DNA of 62,134 nt. It comes from an uncultured Rhizobium sp. (GTDB lineage: Bacteria > Pseudomonadota > Alphaproteobacteria > Rickettsiales > UBA1997). Every line of letters starts with the position of its first letter. Within the stretch, counting starts at the first letter, position 1. The position numbers were made by a program, and so were the translations under genes. The DNA is taken from assembly GCA_964434225.1 (NCBI GenBank), contig CAYSUM010000003.1, positions 1 through 62,134 on the forward strand, given 5' to 3'. Positions 18,907-25,719 of this stretch are shown piece by piece. The notes under the pieces were generated by a model. The model worked only from the letters and a program-made list of their open reading frames with translations. It was not told the DNA's origin and made no database searches.

Positions 18907-19036
18907 TTTTTGATTTTAGAAAAATGGAAATAAAAAACGCGCTTGGACAAATTGTCTCAGTTGGAAAAATTATTTTGTGATTAGGCAGCGCGATTTTTAG
19001 AAATTCGTCGCAACTTTATAAACAATAATTTTTTCC

Positions 19037-19963
19037 ATGAAAAATTCTTACAAAAAATTTCTCGCGACAGTTTTTCTTGTCTCAATAATTTCCAACGAAG
19101 CCCTTGCCTGCGCTTGCGGTTGTGGTGTTTTTAATATTGGAACCAGCACTTTAATTCCAAATGAACAAGGTGGTACGGCTTTTTTGCAATATGATTATAT
19201 GAATCAGGCGCAGAATTGGCATAAAACTAAAGATTCCAACGAACATAATCACGATAAGCGCATTAATACCCAAACTGTAACCGCGGGAATGCAATATATG
19301 TTTAATCGCGACTGGGGCGCTGCAATTCGTGTGCCTTACATGACACGTGAACTAAAAACCAAACCGCATAAAAGCAGCCTGCAAGACGCCAGAAACAGCG
19401 ATCTGGGAGATATTCGCCTCAACGGAATTTATTCAGGATTTTCTGCCGATATGTCGACAGGTTTGATTTTTGGATTAAAACTTCCAACTGGCAGCACCAA
19501 AATGTACGGCTTCAGTCGCAATACTCAAATTGGCACAGGCAGCACTGATTCAATTCTTGGCGCTTATCATGTTGGACGTATTGATAATGCGGGAAAATTT
19601 AATTATTTTGCGCAAGCTTCGTGGGATCATCCGCTTATGATTCATCAAGGATATCATCCGGGGGATGAAGTTTCGGGAGCAACTGGCGTCTCTTACAATG
19701 CGGGACAGTTTTTGGGATTCAAAAAAATTACGCCAATTTTACAATTTACCGGCTCAAGAAAAACTCAAGATTCTGGCTGGGCAACCGCAGATCATAATAA
19801 AGACACAGGATATACGATGGTGTTTTTTGCGCCAGCAATTGAGTTTAGTTTTAGTGATTTCAAGATTTACGCCGATATTGAATTTCCAGCTTATCGCAGC
19901 GTGAATGGCAATCAATTGGTAGCGCAGAATTTGTATAAAGTGATTTTGGGATATAATTTTTAA
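19037..19963 (+). CDS. Outer-membrane beta-barrel protein (possibly MetA-pathway/transporter-like family)
   Basis: A signal peptide ends ...NEALA and the sequence alternates in beta-strand fashion. The C-terminal residue is aromatic (LGYNF). Confidence 0.55.
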   Translation: MKNSYKKFLATVFLVSIISNEALACACGCGVFNIGTSTLIPNEQGGTAFLQYDYMNQAQNWHKTKDSNEHNHDKRINTQTVTAGMQYMFNRDWGAAIRVPYMTRELKTKPHKSSLQDARNSDLGDIRLNGIYSGFSADMSTGLIFGLKLPTGSTKMYGFSRNTQIGTGSTDSILGAYHVGRIDNAGKFNYFAQASWDHPLMIHQGYHPGDEVSGATGVSYNAGQFLGFKKITPILQFTGSRKTQDSGWATADHNKDTGYTMVFFAPAIEFSFSDFKIYADIEFPAYRSVNGNQLVAQNLYKVILGYNF

Positions 19964-19968
19964 AACTT

Positions 19969-20010
19969 AAAAAACGCTGGTTGAGAAAAATCATAACCAG
20001 CGGTTTTTTT
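19969..20010. terminator. Bidirectional intrinsic terminator between convergent genes
   Basis: An A-run is followed by the stem cgctggtt (19975-19982) pairing with aaccagcg (19995-20002), then T7 (20004-20010). Confidence 0.7.
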
Positions 20011-20013
20011 ATT

Positions 20014-21276
20014 TTACTTAAAACTCTTCTTAATCTTCTCCAAATCCATCACCTTCGCAACTTTACCAACAGCTGCAAAAGTTGGCTTCGAGCCAGTGAA
20101 TATTTTTTCTGCCACTTTTGTTAAATCGGACTTTTTCACCGCCAAAACTTTTTTCAAAACTTCTTCGTCAGAAATTAGGCGGTCATGCGACAAAATTTCG
20201 CCGCCGAGTTTTTGCATTCTTGTGCTTGTACTTTCTTTCGCCATTAAAAGCCCAGCTTCGAACTGATTGCGCACTCTTTGCAATTCTGCGTCCGAAACTT
20301 TTTCGCAGATTTTTTTAACCTGTTCGCAAGTTGCAGAAATCAACTCGTTAGTTTTTTCTGGCGTGGTTCCGGCATAAACGCCAAAAATTCCCGAATCGTT
20401 GTGAGCATAATTGAAAGCGTAAATTGAATAAGCCAATCCGCGCTGTTCGCGCACTTCTTGAAATAAGCGCGACGACATTCCACCACCCAAAACCATCGCC
20501 AAAATTTGCGACGTGTAATAGTCTTTATCCAAATAAGACAAGCCTTTGAAGCCTATTACCAAATTAATCTGCTCAAGTTTTTTCTCTTTTCTGAAATCGC
20601 CACCAACATATTTTGCAGCTTCAACAGCTTTGATTTTATTGCTTCCAAGTTGGTTAAAATATTTTTTCGACCATTTCACCAAATCGCTTTCTTTAATATT
20701 TCCCGCCGCAACCACGCACATATTTTGGTAATTATATTGTTTGCCGATGTAATCGACGAAGTGATCGCGTCCAAATTTTTTGATATTTTTTACCGGCCCC
20801 AAAATTGAACGCCCAAGCGCTTGTTTGGGATATGCCGCTTCTTGAAAATAATCAAAAACGATGTCGTCAGGTGTGTCGTTTGTCATGGCAATTTCTTGCA
20901 AAATTACGCCGCGTTCTTTCTCTAGCTCAACTTTGTCGAACGTAGAATTTTGCAAAATATCAGCCAAAAATTCGACGGCAAATTCTGCGTGTTTCTTCAA
21001 CACTTTTGCGTAATAAACGGTTTTTTCTTTGGAAGTGTAAGCGTTAATTCTGCCGCCAATTCCTTCAAATTCTTCAGCAATTTGACGCGCCGATCTTTTG
21101 GCCGTTCCTTTAAAAGCCATATGCTCAAGAAAGTGAGAAATGCCGTTGATTTCAGGGGTTTCGTGACGACTTCCAGTATTTACAAAAACACCAACTGAAA
21201 CCGTTTCAACATCTTTCATTTCGTCAACCGCAACACGCAAGCCGTTTGGCAAGGTAATAATTTCTTTTTTAGACAT
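20014..21276 (-). CDS. M16 (pitrilysin / mitochondrial-processing-peptidase-like) zinc peptidase
   Basis: The inverted zinc motif HFLEH is present in GISHFLEHMAFKG. The protein is 420 aa. Confidence 0.9.
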   Translation of the reverse strand: MSKKEIITLPNGLRVAVDEMKDVETVSVGVFVNTGSRHETPEINGISHFLEHMAFKGTAKRSARQIAEEFEGIGGRINAYTSKEKTVYYAKVLKKHAEFAVEFLADILQNSTFDKVELEKERGVILQEIAMTNDTPDDIVFDYFQEAAYPKQALGRSILGPVKNIKKFGRDHFVDYIGKQYNYQNMCVVAAGNIKESDLVKWSKKYFNQLGSNKIKAVEAAKYVGGDFRKEKKLEQINLVIGFKGLSYLDKDYYTSQILAMVLGGGMSSRLFQEVREQRGLAYSIYAFNYAHNDSGIFGVYAGTTPEKTNELISATCEQVKKICEKVSDAELQRVRNQFEAGLLMAKESTSTRMQKLGGEILSHDRLISDEEVLKKVLAVKKSDLTKVAEKIFTGSKPTFAAVGKVAKVMDLEKIKKSFK

Positions 21277-21517
21277 ATTTGGAGATTTTTTTTAAGGAAT
21301 TATAAAAAAATAATTTCGACTTTTTAAAACTTAAAACCTCAAGCGCAAACCAATTGAAGCAATAAAATTACTATTTCTTAATTTCTAAATCATAAGTTTT
21401 TGTCAGAGCTGGCACGGCTTGGTAGAATATTAATAAAATGAAGAGAAAAAATAATTTCATGGTTTAGAATGTTTCTTAAAGATGCGCTCAACTTAAATTT
21501 CTCCAAACACAAAATAA

Positions 21518-23329
21518 ATGAAATCTTCTCCAATCCTTTCAATTCGTGAAGCGACGATTTCTTTCGCCAAAAAAATTCTCTTCGAAAATTTACACTTAAA
21601 TCTTTTTCCTCGCGATCGCATTTGTTTAATCGGAAAAAATGGCGTGGGAAAAACAACATTGATGAACGCCATTGTCGGACAATTCGATCTTGATTGCGGC
21701 GAACGTTGGGTGATGCCTGGATCGGTTGTTGGCTATCTTTCGCAAAGTGAACATTTACCGCCAAATCGCACGATCTTTGACTTCATCATGGAAGGTTTAA
21801 AAATTGACGAACATAAATCTTACGTCGTCGACATCGTTTGCGAACATTTACAGCTCGAAAAGGAAGCTCTGACTCACACGCTTTCTGGCGGCCAAAAACG
21901 CCGAGTTAATCTGGCGCGCGCTCTGGTTTTAGAACCAGATATTTTGTTGCTTGATGAGCCGACAAACCATTTAGATTTGCATATTATCGAATGGCTTGAA
22001 GGTTATTTACAAAGCTTTCAAGGCGCGTTAATCGTGATTTCGCACGACCGAAAATTTTTAGAAAAAGTTTCCAATAAAGTTTTTTGGCTGCGTGCCAACA
22101 AGCTGCAAGTCAATTCTCAAGGCTATCGCGACTTCGATGAGTGGTCGCAAAAAATTATCGAACATGAACAGCGCGAACTCGATAACTTGCAAAAAAAAGT
22201 AAATTTAGAAAGCGGTTGGTTGCAGACGGGAGTAACCGGCAGAAGAAAAAGAAATATTGGACGTTTGCATTATTTGCTCGATCTGCGCAGCAAATTAGAA
22301 GCGCAAAAAAAACTGGTTCGTGCCAATCAAAGTTACATTAAAATCGATTCACCAAAAGCTGAAGAAGACGCGCCACAAGTGATTTTGTCGTTTACCAATG
22401 CGACGAAAAAATTTGGTGAAAAAAACATCATTGATCGCTTCACATTAAAAATTTTACGCGGCGAAAAAATCGGAATTATCGGCAAAAATGGTTCGGGAAA
22501 ATCAACGATGTTAAAAATGATGATCGGCGAATTGGAACCTGATTCTGGAAAAGTTAAACCAGCTCGCGATATTGTGGTTTCATACTTCGATCAAGGTCGA
22601 ACCAAAATTAAACCCGACTCAACAATTCAAGAAATTCTCTGCGATTCTGGCGGCGAATATGTCCATTTAGGAAATGGCAAAACTCGTCACATTTGTGGTT
22701 ATATGAAGGATTTTTTATTCGATCCAAAAGATGTTATCACAATGGCCGGAACCTTGTCGGGCGGACAACAAAACCGCTTGCTTTTGGCAAAAACTTTGGC
22801 CAATCCTGGAAATTTTATGATTCTGGACGAACCGACAAACGACCTCGATATGGATTCTCTCGACATGTTGCAAGATTATTTAATCAAGTATGAAGGCACG
22901 CTAATCGTGGTTTCGCACGATCGCGATTTTTTAGATAATATCGCAACCAGCATTTTAGCTTTTGAAGGTGACGGCGTAATTGCCAATCACGTTGGCGGTT
23001 ATTCCGATTATTTGGAATATAAAGAACGATACCAAAAACAGGAAATTATTCAAAAAGAAAATCAAGCGCGCGAAGCCAGAGCAAAGCTGGAACCGTCTGA
23101 AAAAAAATCAGAACCGCAAAAAAAAGTTTCGTATAAATTAAAATTTGAACTGGAAAAACTGCCGGCAAAAATTGAAAAACTGGAAGCAAAAATAAAAGAA
23201 TTGAGCGAAGAATTGAGCGAAACCGATGATCGCTCTTCAGCTAATTTAGCACATATCGCAATGGAAATTGCCAAATATCAAAAAGATCTCGACGAAGCAG
23301 AGGAGCGCTGGCTTGAACTCGCTGCATAA
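21518..23329 (+). CDS. ABC-F family ATPase (Uup-like)
   Basis: Two cassettes are present (GKNGVGKTT/LSGGQKRR and GKNGSGKST/LSGGQQNR) with no TM domain. The C-terminus is a coiled coil. Confidence 0.9.
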   Translation: MKSSPILSIREATISFAKKILFENLHLNLFPRDRICLIGKNGVGKTTLMNAIVGQFDLDCGERWVMPGSVVGYLSQSEHLPPNRTIFDFIMEGLKIDEHKSYVVDIVCEHLQLEKEALTHTLSGGQKRRVNLARALVLEPDILLLDEPTNHLDLHIIEWLEGYLQSFQGALIVISHDRKFLEKVSNKVFWLRANKLQVNSQGYRDFDEWSQKIIEHEQRELDNLQKKVNLESGWLQTGVTGRRKRNIGRLHYLLDLRSKLEAQKKLVRANQSYIKIDSPKAEEDAPQVILSFTNATKKFGEKNIIDRFTLKILRGEKIGIIGKNGSGKSTMLKMMIGELEPDSGKVKPARDIVVSYFDQGRTKIKPDSTIQEILCDSGGEYVHLGNGKTRHICGYMKDFLFDPKDVITMAGTLSGGQQNRLLLAKTLANPGNFMILDEPTNDLDMDSLDMLQDYLIKYEGTLIVVSHDRDFLDNIATSILAFEGDGVIANHVGGYSDYLEYKERYQKQEIIQKENQAREARAKLEPSEKKSEPQKKVSYKLKFELEKLPAKIEKLEAKIKELSEELSETDDRSSANLAHIAMEIAKYQKDLDEAEERWLELAA

Positions 23330-23360
23330 AATACTTTTTTAATAAGGATTTATTTCACAC

Positions 23361-23400
23361 CGTCATTGCGAGCGCACCGCTGCGCAAGGTAAATAAGGCT
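23361..23400. repeat. Half copy of the GTCATTGCGA element family
   Basis: The sequence is cgtcattgcgagcgcaccgctgcgcaaggtaaataagg. It encodes the last 12 codons (QPYLPCAAVRSQ) and the stop of ORF 23363..23737. Confidence 0.6.
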
Positions 23401-23737
23401 GCAACATCATAAAATCATTGGGCTTAAAGGGGAAAAGTTCGTCATCTTTATCGCTCTTTTTGCAAGTTCCTTCCGCTGCAAATAGCTTCGATCCTTTTTC
23501 AAAAAAGAAACATTCTTGATCATCTAGCAAACGTTGCGCTTCTTTAAAATTTTTGCCAAAAATATAAGCCTGCTCTTCTTTAAACTTATCTTTTGACAAA
23601 CATCCAATCGCACCGCTTTTAGTGGTGATATAATATTCAACTTCCCGCTGATCTTTTTTTTCTTCTAAACCCGTAAAAAAGCCAAACATCTTGGCCGCCA
23701 GCATTGACAAAATCATTAATAAAATAATTCTAATCAT
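23363..23737 (-). CDS. Small Cys-containing membrane-anchored hypothetical protein
   Basis: I moved the start to MIRIILLMILSMLAAKMF (one N-terminal TM). The gene is packed 4 nt behind the upstream lipoprotein gene. I recognise no family. Confidence 0.45.
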   Translation of the reverse strand: MIRIILLMILSMLAAKMFGFFTGLEEKKDQREVEYYITTKSGAIGCLSKDKFKEEQAYIFGKNFKEAQRLLDDQECFFFEKGSKLFAAEGTCKKSDKDDELFPFKPNDFMMLQPYLPCAAVRSQ

Positions 23738-23741
23738 TAAA

Positions 23742-24281
23742 TTAAAACGACCATTTTTTCTTAAGCGAAGAGATATTCTCATTGGTTGCATCGCCTTCAA
23801 TACGCTGCATTATTTTACCATTTTTCGCCACCACCAAAAGATAAATTCGATCATCTTTCATATTCATAATTTTTAAGAATTTTTCACGATCGGTGTAAAC
23901 CGTGATCGTGCGTTTTCTTGCAATAGGATCAACCACACCGCGGCGCATGCCGTTATTGATAAAGGTTCGCGAAAAAGGATCTAGTTCATAAATCAGTGGA
24001 ATTTCGTAAAAACCAACTTCTGGATATTTCTTCATAATTTCATCAGCCTCTTCCACCCAATCATCAACATCGTCTTGTTGATCGCGATGAAAAGCGATCA
24101 CAACTAAATTTATTTTATTGTTAAAACTTTTTGGTAACCGACGCTTTTCGCCCTCCAAATCAATTCCCGTAAGCTTCGGGAAAAAACCGGTTTTGCGGTT
24201 AATTATGTCAGAATTTTCTCCAGCGCCGATGCCGCAAGAAGCAATGATTAAGACTGAAGCAATAATTAAAAATTTTTTCAT
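23742..24281 (-). CDS. Lipoprotein, possible thioredoxin-like fold without CxxC
   Basis: The lipobox LIIASCG is present. The body pattern (LVVIAFHRDQQDDVDDW ... TVYTD) resembles redoxin/ATP10-like folds but has no redox cysteines. This fold call is weak. Confidence 0.5.
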   Translation of the reverse strand: MKKFLIIASVLIIASCGIGAGENSDIINRKTGFFPKLTGIDLEGEKRRLPKSFNNKINLVVIAFHRDQQDDVDDWVEEADEIMKKYPEVGFYEIPLIYELDPFSRTFINNGMRRGVVDPIARKRTITVYTDREKFLKIMNMKDDRIYLLVVAKNGKIMQRIEGDATNENISSLKKKWSF

Positions 24282-24293
24282 AAATTTATTTGA

Positions 24294-24878
24294 TTAAAAT
24301 TTCCATTCTTCACGCACATGGTGACAAGTGTAGCCGTAAGGATTTTTTTTAAGATAATTTTGGTGATATCCTTCCGCCTCGTAAAATTTTCCAGCTTTGG
24401 TAACTTTGGTGACGACAGGCTTTTTAAAAACTCCCGATTTATTTGCTTGATCAATCACATCTAAAGCAATCTTTTTTTGCGCACTGTTTAGATAAAAAAT
24501 TTCTGAACGATATTGAGTTCCAGAATCATGCTCTTGACGATTCAGCGTGGTGGGATCGTGAATTGTAAAAAAGAATTTTAAGATTTTTTCGTAAGAAATT
24601 TTTTGCAAATCGAAAGTAATTTCAATTGCCTCGGCGTAACCCGTAAGTCCAGTTGAGACTAATTCATAACTTGGATTTTCGCCCTTACCACCAATATATC
24701 CCACTCGACTTTTTACCACACCATCAACTTGATTTATCAATTCCTGCATCCCCCAAAAACACCCTCCAGCAAGGATTGCGGTTTCGTACTTTTGTGCGTT
24801 AGAGTTTGCAGCGCTAAAAAAAATCACAGAAAATAACAGACCAAGACGCGCGAATTTTAAGAACATATTAATAAACAA
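24294..24878 (-). CDS. msrA: Peptide-methionine (S)-S-oxide reductase with N-terminal signal peptide
   Basis: The catalytic motif GGCFWGMQE is present. It is preceded by a hydrophobic leader, LLFSVIFFSAANSNA. Confidence 0.9.
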   Translation of the reverse strand: MFINMFLKFARLGLLFSVIFFSAANSNAQKYETAILAGGCFWGMQELINQVDGVVKSRVGYIGGKGENPSYELVSTGLTGYAEAIEITFDLQKISYEKILKFFFTIHDPTTLNRQEHDSGTQYRSEIFYLNSAQKKIALDVIDQANKSGVFKKPVVTKVTKAGKFYEAEGYHQNYLKKNPYGYTCHHVREEWKF

Positions 24879-24928
24879 TTCTGGTTAAGATTTAATTTTT
24901 ATACTCTCCAAGGCCGTACTATACCAAA

Positions 24929-25153
24929 CTACAAATCATAACCCTTCAGCCCCTTATTCTTCTGACAATATTTGATTGAATCTGCGATTATGCGCCAACG
25001 ATCAAAGCGATCGAAAATATAATACCAATTCCAAATGGTCGGCGCGATAAAATACAAACCCTGATTTGATCTTTGATGGACGCGGTTTTTGGTTGATGTT
25101 TTGTACCTGAAATTTCTGGTGATCTTACTAGCTGGAATGGGTTTGTAACTCAT
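24929..25153 (-). mobile_element. Possible IS5-family (DUF4096-type N-terminal) transposase remnant
   Basis: The 74-aa ORF contains NWYYIFDRFDRW. This aligns with the IS5-family motif PWNTVYRRFRRW (W..VY.RF.RW) and looks heavily degraded. Confidence 0.35.
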
Positions 25154-25220
25154 TCCACACGTTCATACCCTATTTTAAATTAAGAACTGAACGTGAGGAC
25201 GGGGTTACAAACTCCATCCT
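25134..25220. repeat. Inverted pair of a roughly 36-nt hairpin module
   Basis: 25134-25166 is the reverse complement of the unit tgaacgtgaggaYggRgttacaaacYccatcc found at 25188-25220. The two are separated by 21 nt. Confidence 0.7.
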
Positions 25221-25234
25221 GCCAAATTCCTAAT

Positions 25235-25376
25235 GGCGCTGTCGCAAATCAAGTTTTTCTAAGAAATTTTTGTGATTCTAAATTTTTTGAAAGGTAAGCG
25301 TACCTAGATGTACGTGCGTTTCAAAAAATTTAGAATTGCGAAAAGTTCGACGAAAAAGTTGATTTGCGACAGCGCC
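25235..25376. mobile_element. MITE-like 142-nt palindromic element with 5-bp direct flanks
   Basis: The 58-nt arms (25235-25292 and 25319-25376) match at 50 of 58 positions when reverse-complemented, and the terminal 18 nt are perfect. CTAAT occurs immediately outside both ends (25230-25234 and 25377-25381). Confidence 0.6.
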
Positions 25377-25381
25377 CTAAT

Positions 25382-25570
25382 CTACTTTTTAAGAGATTTT
25401 TTAATTTTTTGATCAGTTTTATACTGACCAAGGGCATAAACTGACCATAATGCAGCAGGAAGCCAACCTATTACGGTTAATTGAAGAATTAGACAAATGA
25501 TACCAGCAAATGGCCTTCTGATAGTAAAAAATTGTAAACAAGGCAAAAAAATAGCTAAAATTAAACGCAT
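25382..25570 (-). CDS. Small two-TM membrane protein, YqaE/Pmp3-like
   Basis: ILAIFLPCLQFF...ICLILQLTVIGWLPAALWSVYAL fits the UPF0057 pattern (ILAI.LP...GW.P....Y). Confidence 0.5.
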   Translation of the reverse strand: MRLILAIFLPCLQFFTIRRPFAGIICLILQLTVIGWLPAALWSVYALGQYKTDQKIKKSLKK

Positions 25571-25658
25571 AATGCTTAGGTTTTTTGATTAAAAAGTCCC
25601 TAGTGCAGGAATTGGTCTCTGACCCGTTCCCAATGTTCATTTCCTTTTCACATTTTAC

Positions 25659-25697
25659 ATGAACGTGAGGATGGAGTTACAAACCCCATCCCGCCAA
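25659..25697. repeat. Third (solo) copy of the hairpin module
   Basis: atgaacgtgaggatggagttacaaaccccatcccgccaa matches 25188-25225 at 34 of 38 positions. Confidence 0.7.
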
Positions 25698-25719
25698 TGG
25701 AATTGGATCGACAAAAGTA

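Noticed and set aside
18907-19036. Possible RegA/RegR-type operator in the regB / OMP divergent region (gcgcgatttttagaaattcgtcgc and the small palindrome gacaaattgtc).
   Set aside because: Both are only loose matches to published GNGRCRTTNNGNCGC-type boxes, and the palindrome has 5-bp arms. That is not enough to call a site.
21390-21764. 124-aa minus-strand ORF overlapping the start of the ABC-F gene.
   Set aside because: It overlaps a confidently identified gene. I see no motif, and the composition is typical of an antisense frame.
25196-25225. tRNA-like T-arm (GGGGTTACAAACTCC followed by a 7-nt acceptor-like strand) in the hairpin modules, considered as a tRNA gene or tRNA 3' fragment / att site.
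   Set aside because: No complementary 5' acceptor strand, D-arm or anticodon arm can be drawn. The loop TTACAAA deviates from TTCRANY. The same unit also occurs inverted, which fits a repeat element better.
25235-25376. The long palindrome considered as an integron attC site.
   Set aside because: The ends lack the RYYYAAC / GTTRRRY core sites. No integrase gene or cassette array is nearby. Flanking CTAAT direct repeats fit transposition better.
25419-25640. 73-aa minus-strand ORF overlapping the yqaE-like gene.
   Set aside because: It is an alternative frame of the same region. The yqaE-like frame has a recognisable family pattern and this one does not.
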